From Nitrospirota bacterium (GTDB lineage Bacteria > Nitrospirota > Thermodesulfovibrionia > Thermodesulfovibrionales > UBA9159), in the NCBI GenBank assembly GCA_963699545.1, contig CAVOUE010000003.1, positions 672,001-736,000 of the forward strand: a stretch of DNA of 64,000 nucleotides. Reading direction: 5' to 3'. The position numbers and the translations under genes are program-made. Numbering within the stretch: the first letter of the stretch is position 1; every line of letters starts with the position of its first letter. Shown piece after piece: positions 9,145-19,183 of this stretch. The notes under the pieces are model-generated. The model worked only from the letters and a program-made list of their open reading frames with translations. It had not been told where the DNA came from and searched no databases.

Positions 9145-10357
9145 CTATACATTATCCAGCATGTGCCCGAGTTTCTTCTTTTTTGTCCTGAGGTAGATGA
9201 TATTCTTTTCGTGTGGTCTGCTCTCGATGGGCACCCTTTCCACGACCTTGAGGCCGTATCCTTCAAGGCCCACGATCTTCTTGGGATTGTTGGTCATGAG
9301 CCGCATCTTTCTGACCCCGAGATCAACGAGTATCTGCGCCCCGATGCCGTAGTCCCTCAGGTCCGGCTTGAACCCCAGTTTCAGGTTGGCTTCCACCGTG
9401 TCGAGTCCCTTGTCCTGAAGTTCATAGGCCCTCAATTTATTGGCGAGGCCGATACCCCTGCCCTCCTGCCTCATGTAGAGGATGACCCCCTTCTCTTCCT
9501 TATCGATCATCTGCATTGCTTTATGGAGCTGGTCGCCGCAATCGCACCTTCTGGAGCCGAAGACGTCCCCGGTAAGACATTCCGAGTGGACCCTCACGAG
9601 GACGGCCTCCTCCGGCCTTATCTCCCCTTTTACCAGGGCGATATGGACATTGCTGTCCATACCGTTCGTGTACGCGACGGCCCTGAACTCACCATATTCG
9701 GTGGGGAGCTTCACGTCGGAGATCCTCTTCACGAACCGCTCGGTCCGCACCCGGTGATGGATGAGGTCCTTGACGGTAACGATCTTGAGGGCGTGCCTCT
9801 TTGAGAATTCCATCAGCTCAGGGACCCTGGCCATGGTGCCGTCCTCGCTCATTATCTCGCATATGACCCCGGCGGGATATAGCCCGGCGAGCCTTGCAAG
9901 GTCCACCGAGCCCTCGGTCTGGCCGGCCCTCTGGAGCACTCCTCCCGGTTTCGCCCTGAGGGGGAATACGTGTCCCGGCCGCGCAAGGTCATCAGCGCCG
10001 ACCTTCGGGTCGATGGCGGTGAGTATGGTGGTTGCCCGGTCGGCGGCAGAGATACCCGGTGGTAACACCCTTTTTCGCTTCTATCGAGACGGTGAAGGCG
10101 GTGCCGAACTGGGAGGTATTTTCATCGGTCATCATCGACAGCTGCAGTTCCTCTACCCTTTGCGGGGTGAGGGACAGGCAGATGAGTCCCCTGCCGTGCT
10201 TTGCCATGAAATTAATGGCGGACGGGGTCACCTTCTCTGCGGCCATGCAGAGGTCGCCCTCGTTCTCCCGGTCTTCGTCATCCACAAGGATCACCATCTT
10301 CCCCCTTGCGATGTCCTCTATGGCTTCATCTATGGTATTGAACGTATGTTTTTGCAT
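9145..10357 (-). CDS. ribBA: Bifunctional DHBP synthase / GTP cyclohydrolase II (one frameshift near 10057)
   Basis: [37 protein letters not shown] split across ORFs 9992-10357 and 9145-10068. Confidence 0.93.
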
Positions 10358-10420
10358 GCTTGTTCCTCCGAGAATTGTCAGCCAGGATGCCTGGCCTGTT
10401 AAGAGGGCTGTCCCCTCGCA

Positions 10421-11082
10421 TCAGTCTTTTATATATCCCGACTCTGTCAGTGCCTTCATCAAGCTCCTGTCACTGGCCGTCTTGTCTGAGCCGGCCTTCC
10501 GGTCGAGAAAGCGCGCCACATACTTCCCGATGATATCAGCTTCGAGGTTCACCGTGGCTCCCGCGCTCTTGAAGCCGAGGGTGGTGAGCCGGGCGGTATG
10601 AGGGATGATGACCACCGAAAAGGAATCCCTTGAAACGTCCACCACAGTGAGGCTTATGCCGTCCAGCGCGATGGAACCCTTTTCGACAAGAAGGCCGGTG
10701 ACGGTCTCCGGCGCTTCGATGGTCATCGTAAAGGTGTCCCCCGCCGTGTTCTTTGACCTGATCCTTCCCACCGCATCCACATGACCGGTCACAAAATGGC
10801 CGCCCAGCTTCCCGTCAGCCCTGAGGGAAGGCTCAAGGTTCACCCTTTCCCGGGGGGGAGCTGGCCCAGGTTTGTTGAGCGCAGCGTTTCGTCCGACAGG
10901 TCAAAGGTGAGGATGCTGCCCTGCCGGCTCACGACGGTCAGACATGCGCCGTTGATGGCGATGCTGTTTCCCAGGGCTGCGTCCTGCGCGAGGAGAGGGG
11001 CTGAAATGGTGAGGGACGCCCCTGACGGCTTCCTGCCGAGCGATACGACCTCGCCCAGTTCGACGATTATACCGGTGAACAA
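10421..11082 (-). CDS. ribE: Riboflavin synthase alpha chain (frameshift in G-run near 10855)
   Basis: MFTGII start, [35 protein letters not shown]. Confidence 0.92.
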
Positions 11083-11083
11083 C

Positions 11084-11431
11084 CTATTCCTCTATGTCGA
11101 TCTTAAAGTCCAGGGTCTTCTGATAAAGCCCAAGAATGTCCACTGTAGAGGACCAGGAAGTCTGGACCCTGGTGGAGTGTGTTTTCCTGGTCACGACAAT
11201 ATCTTTTGCTTCGATGGGTATTTTCAGGTCCTGGGCAGCCTCAAAGAGCTGGGCCCTTGTCTTTTCAACATTCCCCAGCTCAAGGCGTGCGATCGCCTTT
11301 GCTTCGCTCGCGAAGGCGGAATGTTTGTAGTAGGGGACCCCGAACTCAAAGCCTACGTATCCAGCCAACAGAAGAATGGCGATGGTTAAAAGTGGCTTTA
11401 TGAACCCGTCCCTGCTCCGCAAATGTCTCAT
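11084..11431 (-). CDS. Small membrane-anchored protein (DUF4845-like) downstream of lepB
   Basis: N-terminal hydrophobic helix; ATG overlaps the lepB stop. Confidence 0.55.
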   Translation of the reverse strand: MRHLRSRDGFIKPLLTIAILLLAGYVGFEFGVPYYKHSAFASEAKAIARLELGNVEKTRAQLFEAAQDLKIPIEAKDIVVTRKTHSTRVQTSWSSTVDILGLYQKTLDFKIDIEE

Positions 11432-12042
11432 TTCACCAACCTCCCTATTCTTTCCAGCCTTGGCCAGTGTTTCTTGCTGTCCCATGACCAGTAAATGATG
11501 AGGGCTTCTCCCCTGATCTCTTTCAGATCCACGTACCCCCAGTATCTGCTGTCGTAGCTCTGGTCACGGTTATCCCCCATCATGAATATCTTTTCTTTCG
11601 GGACGATGAAAGGCCCGAAATTGTCCCTGGGCTCTATGCCTCCGGGCTTGAGCGCAGTGTCCGTATGCTGCGCGTAAGGCTCGTTTTGGGCATGGCCGTT
11701 CACAGAGATCACCCTGTTTCTCGATTCTATCACATCCCCTTCCACCGCTATCACCCGCTTGATGAAATCCCTGCTCGGGTCCTCGGGATACTTGAAGACT
11801 ATTATATCACCTCTCGCGGGCTTCCTGAATGCCAGGACCTTCTTGTCGGAAAAGGGGATCGTTGTTCCATAGATGAACTTATTCACGAGGATGTGGTCTC
11901 CTATCTGCAGGGTCGGTATCATGGAGCCCGAAGGGATCTTGAACGCCTGGATAAAATAGGCCCTGATAAAGAGGGCGAGTATGAGGGCGGTGAGAATGGC
12001 TTTTGTATATTCCCAAACTAACTCTTTCTTTGTTTTTTTCAC
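11428..12042 (-). CDS. lepB: Signal peptidase I
   Basis: IPSGSMIPTL, DFIKRVI, MGDNRDQSYDSRYWG; GTG start inferred. Confidence 0.95.
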   Translation of the reverse strand: MKKTKKELVWEYTKAILTALILALFIRAYFIQAFKIPSGSMIPTLQIGDHILVNKFIYGTTIPFSDKKVLAFRKPARGDIIVFKYPEDPSRDFIKRVIAVEGDVIESRNRVISVNGHAQNEPYAQHTDTALKPGGIEPRDNFGPFIVPKEKIFMMGDNRDQSYDSRYWGYVDLKEIRGEALIIYWSWDSKKHWPRLERIGRLVK

Positions 12043-12116
12043 CCTTTGGGTTTCCTCCTCTTCTTCCTGAAGCGTGTAGCGTATAGGAACACAAATACAC
12101 GCTATGCGCTCTACGC

Positions 12117-13905
12117 TTATTTTACTTTCAGCACCGACAGGAATGCCTCCTGGGGGACCTCGATCCTCCCCACCTGCTTCATCCGTTTCTTGCCTTCCTT
12201 CTGCTTCTCGAGCAGCTTTCTCTTTCGCGTGATATCCCCGCCATAACACTTTGCAAGGACGTCTTTTCTCAGGGCCTTGACGCTCTCTCTGGCGATGATC
12301 TTGGACCCGATGGCCGCCTGTATCACCACTTCGTAGAGTTGCCTCGGGATGACCGCCCGCAGTTGTTCGGCGATCTGCCTGCCCTTATAATACGCCTTGT
12401 CCCTGTGAACTATCAAGGAAAGGGCGTCCACCGGCTCTCCGTTCAGCAGGATGTCGAGCCTGGTGAGGTCCGCTTCGATGTATCCGACAAACTCGTAATC
12501 CATTGAGGCATATCCCTTTGACAGGGATTTAAGCCGGTCATAGAAATCCCAGAGGATCTCGTTGAGGGGGATATCATAGACGACCTTGATCCTGTCCTTG
12601 CCGATATAGGTGAATTCCTTCTGGGTCCCCCGCTTTTCCTGGCAGAGGTCAAGGATGGAGCCGATAGAGGACTGGGGCACAAATATCGTCACCTTCACGA
12701 AGGGTTCCTCGATCATAAGAAACCCTGCAGGCAAGGTGGTCGGGTTGTCCACAAAGATGACATTCTCCTTCGCATCCGTGACCCGGTATACTACGGTGGG
12801 CGCAGTGCTGATGAGGGAGAGGCTGAACTCCCGCTCAAGTCTCTCCTTAATGATCTCCATATGGAGAAGCCCGAGGAATCCGCACCTGAAACCGAATCCC
12901 AGGGCAGTGGAGGTCTCCGGCTCATACGAGAAAGAGGAATCGTTAAGGCGCAGTTTTTCGAGGGCATCCTTCAAGCCCTCGTACTGATGGGTTTCTGTAG
13001 GGTAGAGTCCGCTGAACACCATGGGCTTTATCTCTTTGTACCCGGGACAGGGTTCGGCGGCAGGGCGGTCTGCATCGGTGATGGTATCCCCTATCTTGGT
13101 GTCGCTGACGCTCTTTATCCCCCCGATGATATAACCGACCTCTCCGGCGGAAAGCTTTTCAACGGGCTGCATCTTCGGCGAGAAGATCCCCACGTGGGAG
13201 AACGTCAAAGTCCTTTCCCGTGCTCATGATCCGTATCTTCATCCCGGCCCTGACCGTGCCCTCAAAGACCCTCACAAGGACAATGACTCCCTGGTAGTTG
13301 TCAAACCATGAGTCAAAGAGGAGGGCCTTGAGAGGGTTGGCCTCATCTCCCCCGGGCGGCGGGACCTTCCTTACGATAGCCTCCAGGATCTCTCTTGTGC
13401 CTATCCCCTCCTTTGCGCTTGCAAGGATGGCATCCGAACTCTCTATGCCGACAATATCCTCTATCTGTTCTTTGACCCTGTCAGGTTCGGAGGCCGGAAG
13501 GTCGATCTTGTTTATCACGGGGATGATCTCTAGGTTGTTCTCCATGGCAAGATAGGTGTTCGCGACGGTCTGGGCTTCAACGCCCTGGGTGGCGTCCACG
13601 ATAAGAAGCGCGCCTTCGCAAGAGGCAAGGCTCCGGGAAACCTCGTACGAGAAGTCCACGTGGCCCGGGGTGTCGATGAGGTTCAGCACATACTCCTGAC
13701 CGTCCCCGGCGGCGTAGGCGAGCCTGACCGCATGCGCCTTTATGGTGATCCCTCTTTCCCGCTCAAGGTCCATGGAGTCAAGGACCTGCTCCATCATTTC
13801 CCGGGAACTGAGCGCCCCCGTATATTCCAGGAGCCTGTCAGCGAGGGTTGATTTGCCGTGGTCGATATGGGCGATTATCGAAAAATTTCTTATGTTCTTT
13901 GGCAT
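12117..13905 (-). CDS. lepA: Elongation factor 4 LepA (frameshift near 13200)
   Basis: [20 protein letters not shown] and [25 protein letters not shown] in two overlapping ORFs. Confidence 0.96.
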
Positions 13906-14816
13906 GTAAAGACGAGATACGAGGACCCGATAATGCCGGCGTCGTCGCCCAGGGATGAGGGGAGGATCTTCACCCTGTCAAACAACGGTTTGAAGGTGCG
14001 TCGTGAAGCCTCTTTTATCGCCTCCTTAATATAGATGTTCCAGGCCCCGATAAGGCCCCCTGCGAGTATTACGGCCTCCGGACCGAATATGTTTATCATT
14101 GTGGATATTCCTACTCCCAGGTATCTTCCTGCCTCCCGTAACACCTCCCTTGAAAGGTTGTCCCCGTCAAGGGCGGTCCGGTAAATGTCTTCTGGTGTCA
14201 GCTTGTAAATATTTCCCTTGCAGCATTCCCTCAGCGTGCTTTCCGCGCCGTTGTTCAGGGCCGTTATCGCGTAGGCGAGCATCGCCTTTGCGGAAGCATA
14301 CATTTCCAGGCATCCGTTATTTCCGCAGGAGCACTTTTCTCCTGCGGCGTTTATGGTTATGTGCCCTATCTCTGCAGGGACGTTCAGCAGCGAGTTGTTA
14401 TGGATGATACCGCCGCCGATCCCGGTCCCGAGGGTGATAAGGACAAAGCTATTGAATTCCTTCCCTTCTCCCCTCCATTTCTCTCCGAGTGCAGCGACAT
14501 TGGCATCGTTTTCCACGTATACGGGGACATCGAACCTTGTTCTTACTATTTCCGGGATGTTCAGACCTTCAATGGCCGGGAGGTTGGGGGATTCGATCAC
14601 CAGCCCCTTGTCGCTGTCGATGAGCCCTGCCACGCCGAACCCTATCCCCGCCACATCGCCGGTAAAGATGTCGCCGATAGACCTCAGAAGTGATTCCCTG
14701 ATGTTCTCAGAGGAGGGGACCTTGATCTTTCTTGCGATCTCTCCCTCTTCCGACACCAGGGCCACCCTCAGATTCGTACCGCCCAGGTCTATTCCGATTG
14801 CATAGTGTTTTTTCAT
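13890..14816 (-). CDS. ROK family sugar kinase (glucokinase-like)
   Basis: [40 protein letters not shown]. Confidence 0.9.
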   Translation of the reverse strand: MKKHYAIGIDLGGTNLRVALVSEEGEIARKIKVPSSENIRESLLRSIGDIFTGDVAGIGFGVAGLIDSDKGLVIESPNLPAIEGLNIPEIVRTRFDVPVYVENDANVAALGEKWRGEGKEFNSFVLITLGTGIGGGIIHNNSLLNVPAEIGHITINAAGEKCSCGNNGCLEMYASAKAMLAYAITALNNGAESTLRECCKGNIYKLTPEDIYRTALDGDNLSREVLREAGRYLGVGISTMINIFGPEAVILAGGLIGAWNIYIKEAIKEASRRTFKPLFDRVKILPSSLGDDAGIIGSSYLVFTCQRT

Positions 14817-14864
14817 GCTCTCTCGCAGGATGAATGAAAGAAGATTTATAATTATACCACAAAG

Positions 14865-15719
14865 ATGAAAGCGAGCGTGAGGAGACTTGGGGTCCATACT
14901 TCCATCGCGGGCGGCATCCATCTTTCCCTTGAAAGGGCGGGGGAATTGGGGTGCACTACTGTCCAGCTCTTTTCCCATAATCCGAGGTCCTGGCGGGTTT
15001 CCCCCATACCTGCAGGCGGAATTGCGAGGTTCGGGGAACTGAAAACTGCCCTCGATATCTTTCCTGTTTTCATCCACACATCGTATCTCATCAACCTTGC
15101 CTCGGCAAGACCTGATGTCCTGGAGAGATCAATAGGACTTCTCATCCAGGAAATGGACAGTGCGGATCTGCTGGGTGCTGACTATGTTGTCCTCCACACC
15201 GGCAGCGCGTCACAGGACGATGAAGAGACCGGCCGAAGGAGGGCGGTGGAAGCCCTCAGGGCGGTTTCCCGGAGGGGTCGCTGGAGGGCACGCCTCCTGC
15301 TCGAAAATACCGCAGGGGAAAGAGGCGACATATCATCCCGCATCATTGACCTTGCAGTGATCATGGACAAGACCGGGGGCGTGCTCATAGGGGGGATATG
15401 CCTGGATACCTGTCATGCCTTTCAGGCAGGGTATGAACTGTCAAGGGAAGAAGGCGTGGCCGAGATCGCTGGAGAGATCGAACGTCACATGGGGCTTGAG
15501 AAGGTAAGGCTGATTCATCTCAACGATTCAAAAAGGACATTCAACTCAAGGGTCGACCGGCATGAACATATCGGTTCCGGCGCAATCGGCACCGAGGGAC
15601 TGGGGAAGTTCATGAACCATGCCGCGTTCAGGGACGTCCCTCTGATCCTCGAAACCCCGAAGAAGAGCGACGATGACGACCCGAGGAACCTGAGAATTGT
15701 AAGGGGGCTTTTCAGATAA
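14865..15719 (+). CDS. nfo: Endonuclease IV
   Basis: HTSYLINLAS, LENTAG, CLDTCH, HLNDS, DRHEHIG, ILETP. Confidence 0.95.
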   Translation: MKASVRRLGVHTSIAGGIHLSLERAGELGCTTVQLFSHNPRSWRVSPIPAGGIARFGELKTALDIFPVFIHTSYLINLASARPDVLERSIGLLIQEMDSADLLGADYVVLHTGSASQDDEETGRRRAVEALRAVSRRGRWRARLLLENTAGERGDISSRIIDLAVIMDKTGGVLIGGICLDTCHAFQAGYELSREEGVAEIAGEIERHMGLEKVRLIHLNDSKRTFNSRVDRHEHIGSGAIGTEGLGKFMNHAAFRDVPLILETPKKSDDDDPRNLRIVRGLFR

Positions 15720-16003
15720 GCGTATCATCCTCCGCGCAGTTTGCGGTTCCGCTCCGGTATGAGCGTTACACCCCGCTACTCCTCACTGTGGACATTCCGC
15801 CACAGTAACAATTACCGTTACTACTCCTCGCACGGGGCCACTATTACATCTGTGGTGTTCACTCCGAAAGTCACCGCCAATGGACATGTGCATCGGTGGG
15901 AACTTGCTTTCGAAACAGGCTGGAGCTGAAAATAAGAGCCGCTGTATATTTGGCAGCGATGAGAAGGGAATCAGAAATCAATGCGATGTTGCTTATGCCG
16001 CGT

Positions 16004-16297
16004 TTAAACTGCAATAGCCTCAACCAGTTTCCAGTCATCAGACCTATGTGATGCCTGCCATAGATCGTAATTCCGCTGCATGTTAAGCCAAAGTTCAGGG
16101 GTTGTCTTAAACGCCTTTGATAAACGAAGAGCCATGTCCGGAGTTATAGAAGCATGTTCATTTACAATCTCGGACAAAGTCTTTCTTGACACGCCGAGAA
16201 CTACTGCAAGTCCGGAAACCGTCAGGGACAGGGGCTCCATGTAATGCCTTCTCAAAATGCCGCCCGGATGCGTCGGGCGCCTCAGCCTTTTTCTCAT
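16004..16297 (-). CDS. higA: HigA family antitoxin
   Basis: PTHPGGIL, ITPDMALRL, PELWLNMQRNYDL. Confidence 0.92.
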   Translation of the reverse strand: MRKRLRRPTHPGGILRRHYMEPLSLTVSGLAVVLGVSRKTLSEIVNEHASITPDMALRLSKAFKTTPELWLNMQRNYDLWQASHRSDDWKLVEAIAV

Positions 16298-16309
16298 GTC
16301 TTCACCTCT

Positions 16310-16588
16310 CTAATGGTAATCGATATATTCGACGTCATATGCGTTGCCTTCTTCAAATCTAAAGACAACCCGCCAATTTCCTGAAACTTTTACGGCCCAG
16401 CGACCTTTCATCTTGCCTTTAAGTTGATGAAGATCAGATCCCGGGAATTTCATGTCTTTGATGTCTTCCGCAGCATCAAGCCTGTCGAGAATATCCGCCA
16501 GCTTTTGAGCATGAATCGCCTGGATACCCTTTTTTATCTCGTCATAAAAGAAGTCTTCCAGTCCCTTATGAGAGAAGGACTTAATCAT
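16310..16588 (-). CDS. higB: HigB (RelE-like) toxin
   Basis: MIKSFSHKGLE, LHQLKG, VSGNWRVVFRF, DYH C-terminus. Confidence 0.92.
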   Translation of the reverse strand: MIKSFSHKGLEDFFYDEIKKGIQAIHAQKLADILDRLDAAEDIKDMKFPGSDLHQLKGKMKGRWAVKVSGNWRVVFRFEEGNAYDVEYIDYH

Positions 16589-16599
16589 TTATGTATTAA

Positions 16600-16618
16600 T
16601 GTAACCCGCAGGGTTACA
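16600..16618. promoter_or_regulatory. Probable HigA operator
   Basis: Inverted repeat TGTAACCC-gca-GGGTTACA 12 bp upstream of higB. Confidence 0.6.
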
Positions 16619-16933
16619 AATGTCAAGAAGAAAAAGGTTAAACGCTCAACCTTTCCGATGTTCCATTTGAAGTAGCCGCAGGTCTTAGCCTTTATTTCAA
16701 CCCGAATTATGTTCATTCAAATACATCCAGTACACTGCACTATTTCGATCACAGGCACTCACGGTATTATGGTGAAATGACAGGGGGGTCGGGCATATTC
16801 CCCATTATATATGCGGAGAAAGAAAACATCTGATAGCTGTAAGTTTACGGTCTTCACTTCCTATCCCCACAAACTCGCTCTGGACGCCTTTTAGAAATCC
16901 TTACCTTTATTAATCATGGATAATTGCAATGAA

Positions 16934-16949
16934 AGGCATAAAAATTGCC
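16934..16949 (+). promoter_or_regulatory. Candidate sigma-54 promoter
   Basis: AGGCATAAAAATTGCC fits GG-N10-GC (-24/-12), about 100 bp upstream of the DUF1566 gene. Confidence 0.55.
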
Positions 16950-17045
16950 TATATTTCAAGTGCTTTTCCTATAAGCTGGCTCATGAATAAGGAATGGCAA
17001 ACTAAATTCGTCGCTATATTTCATGAATAAAGGGGAAAGAATGTT

Positions 17046-17702
17046 ATGAAAAGGATAGGCATTTTATTAAGCGCCTTGATCATGGTGTTTGGGCTATCTG
17101 TCTCTGCGTATGCAACGCTCCAGGACATGGGAGATGGGACGATTTATGACACTACCACGCAGTTAAGTTGGCTGAAGAATGCCAATACGGCAGGGTTGAT
17201 GAATTGGAGTTCAGCCGTTGCCTGGGCAGCAGGTTTAAACAGTGGCAGTGGCTTTGCGGGGTTAACAGGCTGGCGGCTTCCGAATACCTCTCAGCCGGAT
17301 ACGAATTGCAGTAATAATTTTGACCCCGGTGGAGGCTTTCAATATTCTGGATATAGTTGCACCGGTAGTGAAATGGGATATTTGTACTACGTTTCACTGG
17401 GCAATGCGGCTGGCGGTCCATTGACCAACACAGGCCCATTTACAGACTTGCAGGCCCCCAACTACTGGTCAGGTACCGCGTATGCGCCGGATCCGACTGT
17501 CAACGCATGGTCCTTCGGTTTCAACGATGGCGTCCAGGGCATCGGCGATCAGAGCGGTGGCTACTACGCCTGGGCAGTGCGTCCCGGGGCAAGAGGATCA
17601 CAAGCATCGCCTGTACCGGCAAGTGGGACGGTTGGCCTGATCGGCCTCGGACTGGCAGGGCTGGTAATAGTCGGGATGAGGCTTAGGAAGGCAACCAGGT
17701 AA
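17046..17702 (+). CDS. Secreted DUF1566 (Lcl C-type-lectin-like) protein with PEP-CTERM/IPTL-like sorting tail; DGR target gene
   Basis: Signal peptide; DMGDGTIYD..QLSW, GWRLP, YWSGT, AWAVRPG; tail VPASGTVGLIGLGLAGLVIVGMRLRKATR. Confidence 0.85.
   Translation: MKRIGILLSALIMVFGLSVSAYATLQDMGDGTIYDTTTQLSWLKNANTAGLMNWSSAVAWAAGLNSGSGFAGLTGWRLPNTSQPDTNCSNNFDPGGGFQYSGYSCTGSEMGYLYYVSLGNAAGGPLTNTGPFTDLQAPNYWSGTAYAPDPTVNAWSFGFNDGVQGIGDQSGGYYAWAVRPGARGSQASPVPASGTVGLIGLGLAGLVIVGMRLRKATR
17448..17594 (+). repeat. DGR variable repeat (VR); similarity to the TR side continues to about 17662
   Basis: Aligns codon by codon to 18369-18512, with mismatches mostly at TR adenines. Confidence 0.85.
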
Positions 17703-17771
17703 CGATACGATAGCGTCCCGGACATGGGCGCTTTGGTGATTTGGATTATTTGGTAATTTGTTTTTTGGGGT

Positions 17772-17791
17772 GCAGGGGGAATTCCCCCTGC
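17772..17791. other. GC-rich perfect palindrome downstream of the target gene
   Basis: GCAGGGGG-AATT-CCCCCTGC. Confidence 0.6.
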
Positions 17792-17827
17792 CTTCGCGTA
17801 ATTTTTTAAAAGGGTTGAGCATCAGCA

Positions 17828-18232
17828 ATGGCCAGGTATGAACATTTGCCGATCGACAAGAAGGCCATGGATGTGGCGGTCCACTTCGAAAAGGTGGTTG
17901 CCGGGTTCAGCCGGTATCACAAATACACCCTGGGCACAGAGCTCCGCAACAAGAGCAGGGATATTCTAGGTCTCATAGTGAAGGCAAACTCCTCTTCTGA
18001 TAAACTGCCTCATCTTCTTGAATTGCGCGAGAAGGTCGAGGAGCTTATAATCCTGATTCGCTTATGCAAGGAGGTGAAGGCATTTAAGAGCTTTGCGGCT
18101 TTTCAGTTTGCCGTCGAAGAGGTAATCTCAGTAAGCAGACAGAACGAGGGATGGCTTAAGAGTGCTGGAACAACAAAAAGGGGGCCGGAATCACCTAAAG
18201 GAAATGAGCGAGATCATTCTTCCTTCAGGTGA
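17828..18232 (+). CDS. avd: DGR accessory variability determinant (Avd, four-helix-bundle protein)
   Basis: YEHLPI.KKAMD...FSRYHKYTLGTELRN...RQNEGWLKS; basic 134-aa protein directly upstream of the TR. Confidence 0.8.
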   Translation: MARYEHLPIDKKAMDVAVHFEKVVAGFSRYHKYTLGTELRNKSRDILGLIVKANSSSDKLPHLLELREKVEELIILIRLCKEVKAFKSFAAFQFAVEEVISVSRQNEGWLKSAGTTKRGPESPKGNERDHSSFR

Positions 18233-18368
18233 GCGTGCCGAGATCGATCATTGTGCGTCTGTCCCGCTTGCGGCTGATGCAAGCATGACTATACAGGACG
18301 GGATACCGTTTGGCGGATTCCCGCCCGGTGGGGCGGAGGAAAAGCTCTGCCAGAAGTGGGCAGACAAT

Positions 18369-18512
18369 ATGCAGGCCAACAACTACTGGTCAGGCACTGA
18401 GTATGCGCCAAATACAACAAACGCGTGGAACTTCAACTTCAACAATGGCAACCAGAACAACAACAATAAGGACACCAACAACTACGCCTGGGCAGTGCGT
18501 CCCGGCGCAAGA
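18369..18512 (+). repeat. DGR template repeat (TR); followed by a copy of the sorting-signal sequence to about 18583
   Basis: AAC-rich; conceptual translation NNYWSGTEYAPNTTNAWNFNFNNGNQNNNNKDTNNYAWAVRPG. Confidence 0.88.
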
Positions 18513-18628
18513 TCACAATCACAAGCATCGCCTGTACCGGCAAGTGGGACGGTTGGCCTGATAGTAATGGGACTGGCAGGGCTTGGGGTAATTATCTATT
18601 CGAGGAAGAAAAGAAGCCTGAATCAAGA

Positions 18629-19183
18629 ATGTCAGAGATAGCGGAGTCAAACAATGACCAGAAAGGAGCGGTCTCGGGAAATACGCAATTCCTGAGGACG
18701 GCCCTCCTGTTTTGTTCTGTAGTTGTCCTTCTTGACCTCTTAGTCTGGTATCTCGGAAGAAAAGAATATCTGGCCTTTCTCGACATCATTACCTCATGGG
18801 TTGTTGCAAACCTCATCCAGTTCTCCGGTCTTCAGGTAATCAGAGACAGCAATACAATTTACCTTGCGCACAGCGAATGGGTGGTCACCACTGAATGCAC
18901 CGCAATTTTCATCATGCTAATCTTCACATCCTTTATCCTGGTGTACCCCTCTTCCGTTAAGGCAAAGGGCCTCGCGCTTCTCACAGGAATACCCTTCATC
19001 TTCGGGGCTAATATACTGAGGCTTTTTATGATGGCGTGGATAGATAAACTCAGGCCTCAGTATACAGAGTATTTTCACCAGTACATCTGGCAGGTGGTCT
19101 TCATCGTGATGGTCATTTTCATGTGGCTCTTGTGGATTGACAAGGTAGTGAACCGTGAAACCAGGGTATCTCTTCCTTCTTAA
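18629..19183 (+). CDS. Exosortase/archaeosortase family transpeptidase (XrtH-like)
   Basis: Multi-pass membrane protein with Cys (TTECTA), Arg (NILRL) and His (FHQYIWQ) triad spacing. Confidence 0.82.
   Translation: MSEIAESNNDQKGAVSGNTQFLRTALLFCSVVVLLDLLVWYLGRKEYLAFLDIITSWVVANLIQFSGLQVIRDSNTIYLAHSEWVVTTECTAIFIMLIFTSFILVYPSSVKAKGLALLTGIPFIFGANILRLFMMAWIDKLRPQYTEYFHQYIWQVVFIVMVIFMWLLWIDKVVNRETRVSLPS

Noticed and set aside
12070-12118. AGCGTGTAGCGTATAG...CTATGCGCTCTACGCT inverted element between lepA and lepB
   Set aside because: A small intergenic hairpin with no evidence for a specific function.
15720-16000. Possible ncRNA or ORF between nfo and higA
   Set aside because: Only a short repeated CTACTCCTC; no recognisable structure or protein motif.
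16600-16618. TGTAAC...GTTACA as an enhancer for the sigma-54 promoter
   Set aside because: It lies 12 bp from the higB start, so a TA operator is the simpler reading; not fully excluded.
18162-18641. 159-aa Asn-rich ORF as a real protein
   Set aside because: It is the conceptual translation of the avd-TR spacer and the AAC-rich TR; it has no signal peptide or N-terminal DUF1566 half.
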